Shown piece after piece: positions 13,401 through 25,790 of a stretch of DNA of 64,000 nt. Where the stretch lies: positions 23,560,001 through 23,624,000 of the forward strand of contig CM119383.1 of the NCBI GenBank assembly GCA_051294905.1, in the 5' to 3' direction. Within the stretch, counting starts at the first letter, position 1; each line of letters opens with the position of its first letter. The translations under genes and the position numbers were made by a program. The DNA is from Botryllus schlosseri (taxonomy: Eukaryota). Under the pieces are notes generated by a model. It saw only the letters and a list, made by a program, of their open reading frames with translations, made no database searches and was not told the DNA's origin.

Positions 13401-14116
13401 GAATTATTCCCGTTTTTTATTGGAACAGCGTGATTTGGCACGAGGTGAATTGCGCATATATCCGAAGCTCTCCGAGGCGCATGTGGACCCTAACCCATGG
13501 CAAAAAATGAATGTCAGGTTGGCTGCTCAAGTTTTGTCTCATACTGTAGGTATGTGGAACTATTTATTCGATACAAATGAGGAACCATCCTATTGCACAT
13601 TATGATTTCATATTGTTAAACACAGGTTCTGCGATGGAGAAATTGGGCCACACAGCCCTTGGTGGGTTTCTGTTGATCATGGACAAATGGTTCGATTGTG
13701 TTAACGCCGGCTTCCAAGGAAGAATCTATAAAGATTCCAGGACGCCTTACAAAAGTATTGAAGATGAACGGCTGTACTGGCTTTCAACTGACTTTATTAA
13801 TTATCTGGAAAGCTGGAATAATGCTGCTGCTTCTCGACCACTTGCAGGCGAAGTCAATAGAGAGATGATGCTTCTGTCCACTGCCACAAGAAATGGACTG
13901 CAGATCGCAACTCTCTCCATTGTTGCCGTCATTAAATTGACACTCCAGAGTGGAGCAGAATATGTGTTGCCTCGTCGTATCAATCAAGATCCTCTTGAGG
14001 CTTACTTCGGAAAACAGCGAGAAAATGCAGCTCGCACTCGAAATCCTTCGGTTTCTGCATTCCTCTCAAACAACAAAAATATTGCAGTGCTGAAAAGCAC
14101 CAAGAAATCACTTTGA
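10493..14116 (+). CDS. P-element/THAP9-like transposase, 11 predicted exons, 836 aa, no stop or frameshift after splicing, lacking the usual C-terminal domain
   Basis: Exons 10493-10657, 11067-11680, 11795-12010, 12065-12244, 12305-12534, 12595-12723, 12788-12928, 12997-13099, 13156-13276, 13429-13549 and 13626-14116 total 2511 nt; all introns are GT-AG and phase-compatible. Motifs: THAP (CCIPQC...ICENHF...LGALP), LYAKSPAAYNYL..LPS, IDELSIK, FDG..ANR, DPPHLLKTTRN, KMNVRLAAQVLS, QDPLEAYFGKQR...NP. The intron 9 donor (GTCAGA) is the weakest. Confidence 0.9.
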
Positions 14117-15079
14117 TCTCCACAATTTTCATTCTAATTAAATAGTATATTGAAGTTCTGTACCTCCAAGAAGCTCTTCAAATTTTCATTCTGGTTTCAT
14201 GTACTATCAGTAGGACGATTTTTTTGACATTGTAAAACGAGTCAAATTTTTCAAAATTGTAAGCCTTATGTCAAAAAATCGTCAATATCGTTTACAAAGT
14301 CACAAATTTTTTGCAGCCTGCAGTTCGTTGATATCGCAGATGTTTGCACTGTCGGTGAACTCCATTTTTGGCAAGCTACTTGTCAAAGACATGGACTTTC
14401 TGGCTGAGAATGTAGGTAAGTATGTTCCATTGTACTACAATAAATTTTATTTATTTTTACCATTTTTAATTTCATGTAAAAATTCATCACTTTTCAAGTT
14501 AATAAGTTTTTTCAGGCCAAGCTACTTCTTGTGGACAGACAGTTCGAACCAGAAATTGATTCATTCTAACAGAATGTTCGGAAACGCCTAATTTACATGA
14601 GGGCAAATTTTGTCAAAATTGATTTTTTCAACATCAAAAAAAGTCAAAACTTCAATTTTCAGTGCAATAGCAGATATTTACTTGATGTAAACCAAGTGTA
14701 AATGTAGTTGAATCGTTCGATATATGGGTACCTGTTTGATCAGACCAGTTGACATCCAAGCTCGTAGTGATCATTCATATGATATCTGTTCCTGGATGCA
14801 TATTTTATGTACCACCATTATTGCTGTATCCTGTTATGTAACGATAATAAAGACTCTCTCTCACCTGATCTAATACTATTTTGAACATAATGTAGTCCAA
14901 GGAGTTTTTTATTCATGAAATCACAACAAGATTGTGATATAACGGAAAGACAGAGGGCGGTGCAGAAACGACTTGGGAGTGGTATTTTAGTTAGACACCC
15001 ACCTTTGGACTAAAGCATGTAAATAAGCAGCCAAAATGCAGTCAAGTCAAGACTCGAGTAATCTCAACACTGCTTATTA

Positions 15080-17021
15080 TTAGGTAGAACATTTCTTCAG
15101 CCTTTCGCGAAGACTTGCCGATGATGAAAACGGTGTTATCGTTAGGGCTGGGCACCATGATTCGAGTACTCGAATCTGAATCGAGTATTAACTTCAATGA
15201 TTCGAGTCGAGTAGTAAAAGACGATTTTTTCGAGTACTGAAATTATACGCTCCTCGCAACTAAAAGCTAGTTTACTAACGAGAAGTATAGTTTGGATAAT
15301 ATTTTCCACTAAGGAAGCGTTGAAACCATGATTGGCCGTGTCGCAGCTTACGAGACATAGTACAAAGCTACTAACGTTATTGGAAATGACACATTTCCGA
15401 AGTCATGATCATCCTACAACATTGTCAAGAAGTGCAATGAAATCGGTATGGTCGAAAAAATACCAAAGTATCTTTAATGTGACGGATAACAGGCATTGTG
15501 TTGTCTGTGGTGGCATGAAAGGTACATATTTGAACTTTGACATCGTACATTTTGTTCTGACGTCATAATGAGTGATACTCGAATACTCGACTCGACTCGA
15601 AGAGTAATACGTGATTCAGAATCGAATCACTCAGGTACTCGATTTTGCCCAGCCCTAGTTATCGTACGTGTACGACAGTGAATATACGCTCTGGCTCTAA
15701 TATATTTCCGAATCATAGCTTCCACCACATTCCGGTCTCTATCATTATAATATTGATACCAGTCTGTTCCACACAAAATAGTGCGTATATCAATGAATTT
15801 GGCAGGTAACTGTTTTCGGAAATTGCGTTCTACTTGTTTAAACATGTGGAAGTACTCATCCTTTGGGACTATCAAACTTCCCCTGTTTCTTGACTCGTAC
15901 TCATCTGGTAGACAACCTTTTTTTGAGATTTGATTTCGGCACCATTGGTTGTCTTCCCCCTGAAATTTCTTCAAACCCCATCGAAGAGTTGCCCCCGCAA
16001 GATATTTCATAACTTTTTCATCATCGGCGGTCACACCAATCTCTCGAAGGCCCTTGCTTTTTTTCCAGGAAAGTTGTTGTTGAATAATAATCGGGCAGCA
16101 TTCCTTCAATACACGTTTAACGGCCGTTTCTTCAGCCAAGTCATTTGGACAATATTGCTTTTGTAGTTTACTTGAGTACTCAAGCATCATCATTTGCTTT
16201 GTATGGCACTCAGCAACATGACACACGTCTTTTAGAACTTCATCATGAAGAACGGATGTTAATTGAATATTCAAATTTTTTAGAACTTCATCCACGGTTT
16301 TTTGACAGTAAGGCTTATCGCAGCCCATCAAAACCTCAACAACGTCACAAAATGGATTGGCTGTGTCTTCTGCAGAAACCGAAAGTCCTGGGTCCCCTAT
16401 GCAAACATCTTCTTCTTGGTCCTAAAATCGAAAATGTTCAGTGAATGTAGATACATTCCGCGGTATACAAGGGAAATGAGAGAGTTGAAGTAAATAGGAA
16501 CAGATAACTTCAGACTTGGACAACTAGAAAATTGCAATTGATTTTCCTGTACAAGAGGCATTTTCTTGTTAACTTGTGCGAAATGCATCGGACTAAGAGA
16601 CATTTTGAGGTAAACCACAAATTAGATAAGAATTAAAATTAGAGCATAGAAACATTTCACAAAGTAGGCTAAAATTAGACTACTGGCATTTTGCTCTAAT
16701 TTAGTCTTTAGTCAAATTAGACTAGAATTATCTAGTTGTCCAAGTCTGCATTAGACGGGGCGAAAAAGAATGACCAGCATTAGCAACAACAAAAGAGTTC
16801 ATAGCAAGTGGTAAAGTGATTTCGTTTTTATTGGTACTGGCATAGCCGTTATGTAGGCTATACTACAGGTATACGAATATACCGGTATACAGTATCGATA
16901 CCTGTACCTGTAAGGCAACAATTTTACAGTTTTTGGTGATCAACATTATTGTCAGGTAACGCATATACTCAGTACTCACGTCATCAAACAACTGTATAAG
17001 CTCTTCATCTGACATATCCAT
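15080..17021 (-). CDS. Second P-element gene (~286 aa when reconstructed), resembling the P-transposase C-terminal domain; 3' end interrupted by a hAT MITE
   Basis: Exon 1 (17021-16980, MDMSDEELIQLFDD, donor GTGAGT) splices in phase to exon 2 starting at 16421 (DQEEDVCIG...). Motifs KYLAGATL, NRGSLIVPKDEY, FKQVERNF, KYIRARAYIH. Removing the MITE restores RTITPFSSSASLRERLKKCST* with the stop at 15080-15082. Confidence 0.75.
15143..15657. mobile_element. hAT-type MITE (515 bp)
   Basis: TIR TAGGGCTGGGCA; 8-bp TSD GTTATCGT at 15135-15142 and 15658-15665; subterminal GAGTACTCGA/ACTCGA motifs. Confidence 0.92.
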
Positions 17022-17204
17022 CGTTAACAGTAAATCAATATCCGGCAATACAGGAAAATAACACTGCGTCGCATGAAACTATAGTTATCTTTCAGGTAAC
17101 AGCTGTCAGGAACAAATCCACCGCTAAGTGTCGCCGTCCCGCCATAGTTGACAATGGAGTGTAACGACTATCTTATAAAGGCTATGGTATAATCCCGGAA
17201 GAGA

Positions 17205-17361
17205 TATAGCAGCCCTCGTGCGCCCCCTATCTGGGTTGGCGCCCTTGGGATGCTTGAGTGATTTCATGGAGTAGCTTCCTCTTTGTGTTTGGTCTCGTCG
17301 CTGCTGGGTTGTTGAGTACGACTGAGTGAATAAACTTCCTATCTGAGCAAAGGCCTCTACA
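17205..17361 (+). repeat. 5' LTR (157 bp)
   Basis: Identical to the 3' LTR except TA versus TG at the start and a 4-bp indel; ends in CTCTACA; contains AATAAA. Confidence 0.95.
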
Positions 17362-17362
17362 T

Positions 17363-17379
17363 TGGCGAGCACGCCAGGA
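17363..17379 (+). promoter_or_regulatory. Primer-binding site, probably for tRNA-Arg
   Basis: TGGCGAGCACGCCAGGA lies 1 nt after the LTR and resembles the tRNA-Arg(ACG)-type PBS TGGCGAGCCAGCCAGGA. Confidence 0.75.
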
Positions 17380-20300
17380 CCAGAATGGATAGTTCACCTC
17401 AGTCGTTAATTTCCGAGGCCAGACAAATAGAAGAAGAGATCGAGTCGCATCAACTAGACGTGCTGCGAACGAAAATTGAATACCTCGAGGTGAGAATGAC
17501 GAACACCGAAAGTAGAGTATCGGGACAAATCGAGCGCATCTCAGAAAAAAATCTACTTGCTGTAGAAGAGATGATCGACCGAAAAATGCAGGCGTGGGAG
17601 ACCAGAATTCTTTCGGTAATTAAACAAAATGCAACGTACTGTACCGGAACAGACTAGTTCTGAAGATAAGGGCAGTGTTGATCGTCCATGTGTTTCTGCT
17701 CCGAATGGGATTAATTCCGACGGTCCAATAGTTTCAAGCAGCAAGAAATCAACTGAAATACCAGTGCCTGGTAAGCCTATTCATCTGGAATCGAAAACGC
17801 CAAATGTTCTACCTAATAAGTTCAGTGGAACAACGGATGTGACGTTAGAAGACCATCTAAGTCACTTTGAGTATGTTGTTGGCTGCAACCCATCTTGGGG
17901 TGTACGTGAAATTCTTTCATATTTTGGCTGGAGTCTGGAAGGTCCCGCGCTGAAGTACGCCAAGGAGGTTTCCGCCGAGGATTCCCAAAACTTCGACATA
18001 ATAGTGGAGCACCTCAGAAAACGTTTTGGAAAGGAGCAATCGGGACAAAACTCGAGAACTAAGTTCAACAGTCGAAGGAAAAAGCCGAATGAAACCCCTG
18101 CTGCATTTGCTGCTGCTCTCCGAGAACTGGTACGTAAAGGCTACAAGATGATAAACGGTAATGCTGCAGAGTTACTGGTACGTCAACAATTTTGTCAAGG
18201 GTTCTCTGATGTCACACTGTGTGGTATGCTTGCTGTGCGTGAGAGTGACAGTTTAGAGGAGTTAGTTCGTGCTGCTGAAAACTATGAGTCCATGGCTGCT
18301 ACTCATGGGGCCAATGCGGGCACAATAAAACCTTATGTGGCAGTGGTTAATAACTCTACTCGCAAGGCTGACTTGAACTCAAAATCAGAATGTGATGTAT
18401 GTATTGGGGAATTGCAAAACCAGATTAAGTCCTTGAGAAATGAGTTGACTGAGTTATTTAATAAAAATCGTGTCCCAGATAATAATGCGAGTCGTCCGGA
18501 TTCACCAATTAGAAACCATGAAAGTCCCAAGTCAAAATTCTTTGGTAAATGCTTCAGGTGTGGCAACCCAGCAAACACATAATTGCCTAGGGCTATCCAA
18601 GCAGTGTCCGAGTGTCCCAGTGTCCGGTTGGACAGACGTGGGCTAATACTTGGCTATCCACGTTGGAAAATGTCCGGTTCGGATATTCTAGGACATACAT
18701 ACAGAAAATCATTTCGGATAGTCCACTAAAAGTCCCAATTCAATTTCCAATGGATATCATAATCTGACAGTGTGCGGATATTTCCATGTTGTATCAGCTA
18801 AAAAGTCAACCACTCAAGTTCTTGCTGATAAGGGCACATATTTCATCCTTTCAAAATGTTTCAAGAGTACAGTTCGAAAGAAAATCGCACGTTTACACAC
18901 CGATATTCGGGATAGTCCACTGAAAGCGCGAATCAGAATTCCAATGGATATCATATTCGGACAGTGTGAGGATAGCTCCATTTTGTTTCAGCTATAAAGT
19001 GAACCTCTCATTAACTCCTGACGCTGATATGCACAAGTTGCACACATTCAGTATTTCAAAATATTTCAATAGAATTTGAAGGAAAATCGTCACTGGACAT
19101 GATTCTTCATAGCGACGTCACGTAACCGGATTATGCATGCTGTCATTGAACGGTCAATATTCACTGTCGGGCCTACATTTCAAGCTTTTAAACATTGCCA
19201 TTTCTGTGCCCTTTTAGCTGTCGTGTTACTGATTGTTCCTGCGGTGAACATTCGCAATTCCGAAAGATGTTACGAACTTTTCGCGTGCGTCATTCCGTGA
19301 GATGTTTAGCGTTTTTCACTTGAATGCGTTCAATGGGTCGGCAGAAATGACGACTGCGCACAGTGAATCTGACTTGATCGCCATATAATTTACAGGTATT
19401 ATATGCTGGTATATTGAATAGTTAATGGTATACTCTATTATCGACTTCGATAATGGTACATTCTCTTTCGTACTTTTATTTCGAGCATGTAATAAACTTT
19501 ACAATTTGACAATTACAATTTTTGTACCTCATAATGTTTTACCGATGTTATATAGCTAAGTGATGTTACCCCACTGAATACCACTCAACGATTGACGAGC
19601 TTTCCTCGTGCGTCGCGCCATGCCTGAAGTGAATGAGATCATTAGCCTTTTTCATCCATATGCGCAGTGGCGCATTGCGCAGCGAGCCCAGTTCACGTGA
19701 TTCAAATTTTCGTCTGGGAAGTTTGAACCGTGATTCTTTGAAGTGAATTGTTGTTAGCGGCGAGAAGCATTTTCGACATTTGCTGTGTGCCACTTAGCTC
19801 GGTGATTACCTAACCATAACCACTGGTTGTAGCAGTGTAGTCAGTCAATGATAATGATACGGTTATAGTCAGAAGTGGCGTATGTGCACAACGAAAATGC
19901 GCTTGGTTATTGAATCCCTATATAGTATTAAAGAGCTATTATGACGGATGTTCGGTATAGGTAGGTAGGTAGGTAGGTAGGTTTAGAGTTGATACTGTTA
20001 TAGTACGTTCTTTTATTGTAACCAAACCTGATTTCTTGATCAACATAAGGTAAGAGTTACTGTTTTGTGATTTATGACTGGAAATGGATTGGAAGGTACA
20101 GAAACATTTGACTGACCGCAAGCTATCAGAATTTTTGAATTAGACCGTAACCCAAATTGAGTGATAGACATCCCTACTCAAGAGTCGTGGTTGCTGGTAT
20201 TTCAATCATGATATTAATGCTTGGCTTCCAAATTGTATTATTGAAGTACCGATATTCAATTCTACCCAGCCCTATATATATATGGTTTGAGTACTATATT

Positions 20301-20825
20301 GCAATACTAACTTGGATAGCTCGGCATCGGATGCGGGGAAAAGACGACGGATACGAAGATCTACCAAATATGATTCCGATTCAAGGTCTGATTCAGGTGG
20401 TCACGAGAAGATTCAAAGAAAACGCACATGTTCCACTGATACCAGTGATACTGATCTTGCTGAAGCTCAGGCGAAACAGTTCGAAAAGAAATCTCATTAT
20501 CTTGAAGAAAAATGAAGGAAGAAATCTGCCAGTAATGTCGTGATTTTACGGACATTGCATCACCAATTTACCAAATGCAGGTTAGAGCTTAATTCCTCCA
20601 TGTGGTATCAAAACAGCAAGAAATCTGCAGTTATGACCGTTTGATTTGTAAAAAATTATTTAACTCTTATATATAGTCTAGAAAGCTGAGCTGGGTACCG
20701 TATGTAAGTAATGAATTATTTGAAATTTTTTATGCTCAGCTCATGCAATGATGACTGTAGAAACTTCCAATTTGATAACTCAACATTAATGTTAGAGCAG
20801 GCGACCAGAACGAACAATTTAATTA

Positions 20826-21505
20826 CACGGGTCTCAATCGAAAGCTACTTTCGCACTGACTCCGAAAAATGAAATTAAAATCTGGTCCGGGCACTGGAAC
20901 GCCCCGGAAACCGCCCTCGAAGGGTCAAAGTCGGTATTGTTTCTATCAATGGTAACGTCGGTAGACAATGACCGTTCAATGTCTCGTACTGATTGTGACA
21001 TCATTGGGCGCCCTGGCGAAGTCGCTTGCCGTGTTCCCCGTGATTCTCAGACTCAGAGTATAGCGCGTCGTATCAATCGCTGTAGCGCAAATTAGTCGTA
21101 ATGTGAATAGTTTGTGTATTTTATGCGTCGTCGCGCATTCAAAAATTTGGATGAATATAAATTATAGCACAAAAGCCTGAACATATACCATATCGTAGAA
21201 TTTACTATCAACGCGTATTTCTTGGTACGCAACAGGCCGATCTACAAAACAGTTTGTTCCATTGGGCACAGCGGTTCATGAATTTCATTGTAATATATAT
21301 TCAGCACGACTTTGCCAAGGCGCTCAATGATGTCACAATCAGTTCTAGACATTTGATTTGTCATTGTCTACTGCCGCTACCTTTGTTAGAAACAATGCCG
21401 ATTTCGGATTTTAAAGGCAATTTTCGGGGGGTTTTAGTGCCCGGACCAGATTTTAATTTATATTTTCTGAATCAGTGCGAAAGTAGCTTTATATTGAGAC
21501 CTGTT
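20826..21505. mobile_element. MITE with long imperfect TIRs, nested in the CCCAG element
   Basis: GGTCTCAAT..AAAGCTACTTTCGCACTGA...AAATTAAAATCTGGTCCGGGCACT at ~20830-20895 is inverted at ~21435-21503. Confidence 0.7.
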
Positions 21506-22058
21506 TTATTAAATTTTGCGCTCTGTTCGCCAGCTATAAGATTACCATTATTTGACTGCGTTTAATCAACCCATGCCCGTTTTTGCGTGTTTGAGGTGCC
21601 ACTGACTGTTATTTATCTGTTCAGATACGTTGTCTCAGCAAGTAGCCCTTCCTACAGAGAGTCGTCTAGGTTCATTCTGCTGGGAATTTCCTACTGGAAA
21701 TGGTGAGTATCTGGTATATTTAATTGATTAGCGCTGAGTTTCCCAATAGAGTGGCAACTGATAAAGTTGGGCAGAACTGGGAAGAAAGCTCTGTGTGCAC
21801 TGAGTTTATACAAGATATTATATATCGTAGGTTGAACTAGTTGTCGTCTCTATGAATTGTTTACTATAATCTTCCTGTTTAGGTGCTTGTTGCAATATTC
21901 CTACGACTGTTCCGGAAAAGGACTACGAGATTGAAGTCAGATCTGTGTTGCGCCATGCACCATCTAAAAACAGAAATCAGCAATACGAGGTAGATGCAAT
22001 ATTGATTGTCTAAATATATCGCGCAGAGGGGATAATGGTTATATTGCGTAACCATACT

Positions 22059-23158
22059 CATAGGCGCCGACTTTTATTTCTACATAGGGTGACCAGATGA
22101 AACAAGGGAGGGGTTTGAAATTTCTTCAAATTTACCAAGTTAGCATCATTTATTACGGTTAAGTACATGCATCTTCTGATGTTTCAGTATTAGCGCTAAT
22201 CAATTACGTTCGTTCGCGTCTGTTCGTGACCAATTGCGCAGATTCAGGTTTATTCAATTTGACGCTGTCAGTCTTAAGCCAGTATAACATAACAATCAAA
22301 TAAGTAGAGATAGCAGGTAAATCATATGATGCCTGTAGCAGACGCTATAGTTTAGGCCAGCGATGTTATCACATGCGCCAGTCCTGCTGTAGACTCGATA
22401 GTTCAGGCTGGTAACGATATCAGGCATAGCCTGGCGCACGTGATATTTCATGCCAGCGATTATAGCGTGCATGCGGACGCGCTAAATGGTTTGAAATTCG
22501 ATCCGCGATATGGTTGAGCTCGAGTCCGTCCAGCAATGAAGTTTATTGTATTGGAAAATGGAAGGTTCCCGTTCGAACTAATCGAATAAATTCAGAATTT
22601 ACGCCACAGAAAACCTCGTGTTGCATCACTATTTGACAACGTAATTCAACGCCGTGCACTGCACAATGCGCAGTATTATTAACGAATCAAACACCGACAA
22701 GTGACATCGAGGAAATGCGAGTGTATAAACCAGACAAGAATTAGTAGCCTACAGATGATAGCAGACGAAAAAGCACGCATCCGAGGCCTACGATATGAAT
22801 ATTGTAGGCCTCGCCTGGCGCATCTAATCAGTAATTCACCAACTTGAATACAGCACAATGGGTCGGAACCTAGTCTGACAACACGACAAATGCATGTCGA
22901 AATCCCGGGTTACAATTTATTGGGGCGTTTCAAGCATTAGTTTGTCGCCGCCTAGGAAGCTGCGTATTCAATTATTTGCGTGTGTATCGGTTAATGGTAA
23001 ATAGTTGGCATTTACGCGATATCACGGACTTGCTCATTGACAGCGCTGATGTCGTATCGAAATGACTAGACAATAGAGATATACGAAAATTTGAAATCGC
23101 AGACGGCGGGCGTTTCAGCATATTGAATGGGGTGCCACCCCGTAACTCGGCGCCTATG
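22059..23158. mobile_element. hAT-type non-autonomous element
   Basis: TIR CATAGGCGCCGA. The 8-mer ACCATACT occurs at 22051-22058 and 23165-23172, offset on the right by an extra ACCATG. Confidence 0.7.
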
Positions 23159-24489
23159 ACCATGACCATACTCATATATTTACCTATGTGTCAGTTTTTT
23201 TTTTTTTCATTTTCGTGGTCGTTAATATTAGTGTGAAAAGTAGTTTATTTGCGAAGTATATCACCATTATTTGAACGTGTCTATTAGCTATTTCAATGAA
23301 GTCTACTAATTTCCAGCTAATCCGTGTCATATCTTTTATTCGTCAACTGGCGATGTCTTCATCCAAACTCTACCACAGGCCCCTGTAAAGATGGAAATGA
23401 GTGGGAAAAAGCATCCCTACATCTTAGGCATTTTTGATCATGTCGGAGTGGTGAAATTTTCCACCTAAATACTATTATTTGAAAAATGATGGAAATTTCT
23501 AATTGAATGACCTCGGCATCTGCGAATTGAAATGAGTCAAATTTTTTGTGCAAGGTATTTTAGGTAACCTAATGATTTGCCAGCTAAGCCAATCAAATTT
23601 GAAAAAAGTTTTTTTTTTAACACCCCTAGTGTCCACTGTTCCATAATGATCATAAATTTTAATATTCATGATTTGTGAGTTTATGCATAGTATGCTGTAA
23701 TTTGTCAGTGTTTGAATGAATTTTGCAAGGCGTTCGGAATTGGTAGCATTTTGAATGATCGTTTCATGTTCGCTTGTAATGATTTTCTTGCTAATTATTT
23801 TAGGACAAGAATGCAGAACAAGTCCATATCCTGTCTCAGTCTTACGCAGACAAGGAAGAGGACGCAGTATAAAGTCATTTCCCTCATACCAACTTTTCAC
23901 CTCGTTACAAGTTGAACCTGTATGAAGATTGAAGATATTTCCAGCTAGAGAGATTGTTGGTTGCAAGTGTGCATTGCTTGCTGTGGAATTTTTTACAAGT
24001 TACAGTTGAATCTGCTGATTATTATTTTCATCCGTTCTAGACACGGTATATACGATCAAAAAGGGGTGAAAGTGAGTCATCCTTGCTGCTCAAGTAAAGG
24101 TGGATCGGAAATTGTGACTACTTGAGCACTTTCCAAAAGTAGAACGAGTCGCACACTTGCAGGTTACTGCAGTTGGTAGAGGCCGCTTTCAAAATTGCAG
24201 GATGTACGCGAAAAATATATAATAGCACTCCAATTATAGTGCGATTTCTAAATTGCATTCATTATTTACTACATTATAGGGGCTATCTAACTGGTTATGT
24301 CTGAAAAGTAAGTAGTAAGTAGAAGTAGTGAAAAACATGCAGTACAAGTAGGCGAAACCTGAGTAGAAGTGCTTTGTTTGTTCTACTGCACCTTGCTCAA
24401 TGTGTGACAGATCTGCGCATAGAGGATGTCGTAACGAGCAATTGACCAGAATAAAACATCCTATTTTTTTGTATCTCTATTCGTATTAC

Positions 24490-25060
24490 CTCTTCACCTT
24501 CAAAACTTGCCATCTTGATTCTTGAATATCAACGTCGGATATTTCCCTAGTGTGCAACGGTGCATGTCTTTTTACTGTCATTGAAGAACTTCAACCTGCC
24601 ACTTTGAATTTTTCTTCCTATGGTATTCTCATATAGTGAACGTAGTTTTGCAACTTGATTTGACAGTTGTTGCTTCGACTCGATGCTGTGCTTTTTTAAC
24701 TGCACTGCAATTTTGAATGTATCGCTATGTCTTGTTGGCATAATGATTTTCAAAACTTGCCAACTTGTTTTTCTGATACATCTGTGTACGTGCAATGTGC
24801 ATGTGTAATGCAGTGCGTGTCTTGTTTTATTCTCATAGGCAGAATTCTAGGTAATTGCTTCGACCTATCATAATTTTTCAACACTTGTCCGTGTGTCGTA
24901 TTCTCTAATCCTTCCAGTGTGCGTGCTTCTTGACCTTGATTGATTGACAATTGTTGCTTTGACTCAATGCTGTGCTTTACTTTGCTGCAGTTTTTATTAT
25001 TGCCTATAATGATTTTCAAAACTTGCCAACCTCTTGTATTTCTGATAAGTTGTGTATGTG
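24490..25060. repeat. Degenerate ~270-bp tandem repeat (2-3 copies)
   Basis: TCAAAACTTGCCA recurs near 24500, 24750 and 25020, and GACTC(G/A)ATGCTGTGCTTT near 24680 and 24960. Confidence 0.65.
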
Positions 25061-25790
25061 TGGTATTCTGTAATCCTCCTAGTGTACAATTGTTCGTACA
25101 TACTTAGTAGTCATCATATTTTTAGCCTTCGGATTGATTAATTGATCGACTGCTTGTGATATTTTTGAGTCCACCTGTTGCTTTATTGTATGTCTTGAAC
25201 TTGAGTGAGTGATTGATTTTGATGTGATTTACAGCCGTTGTTAATTTTATTCGTTGCTGCTTGATTTTTATTGTTGACAATTTAATAATATAAGCTTTTT
25301 TGCCTGAAAATCAATCTTGTGGAAGTGTATTTGTGCGTCGCCTAACCTGTGGTAAGGAAATATGCAGGCCCAGGAGCTAGCTAGTATTCAGAGGGTTGAT
25401 CAGTCGATAGTCTATGGATATCGGTCCCAACCGGACTTTGTCCCTACAGTGGCCAGGAAGTGACTCAGAAATGACTTGATGGATGGTCAGTGGTCACCCA
25501 TTGGATAACACCAGGAGTCGACACGCTCGGTGCAACCGGATGGCACTAGGGTGAATCTGGGCCAAATGACAAGTTATCCGACGGATATCCACTTGCCGCA
25601 ATGTGTTTGCTGGGAAGTCTGGTCATTCTGCACGTTTCTGTAGGGCACCCTTTTGTCCACTTTGTCGTAATGCAGGGCACTATGATTATCAATATCAATA
25701 TTCCAATCAGAATAGTACCTGGCAGCATGGACCCAATGTGCAAACACAATATTTCCCTCAATCACAGCCAACTATGGATAATAATGGAAA

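Larger units (their letters stand above)
10313..17186 (+). mobile_element. P-superfamily DNA transposon (6874 bp) with two convergent genes
   Basis: Perfect 36-bp TIR CATAGCCTTTATAAGATAGTCGTTACACTCCATTGT; perfect 7-bp TSD GTATAAT at 10306-10312 and 17187-17193; encodes a THAP plus P-type DDE transposase. Confidence 0.95.
18567..25614. mobile_element. CCCAG-type EnSpm/CMC-like DNA transposon derivative (7048 bp)
   Basis: 14-bp TIR CCCAGCAAACACAT; 2-bp TSD AA at 18565-18566 and 25615-25616; GGATATCC/GTCCG subterminal repeats. Exon-like relics (Ser/Asp/Arg-rich 20312-20515; IEVRSVLRHAPSK at ~21930-21970) resemble the EnSpm accessory gene. Confidence 0.85.
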
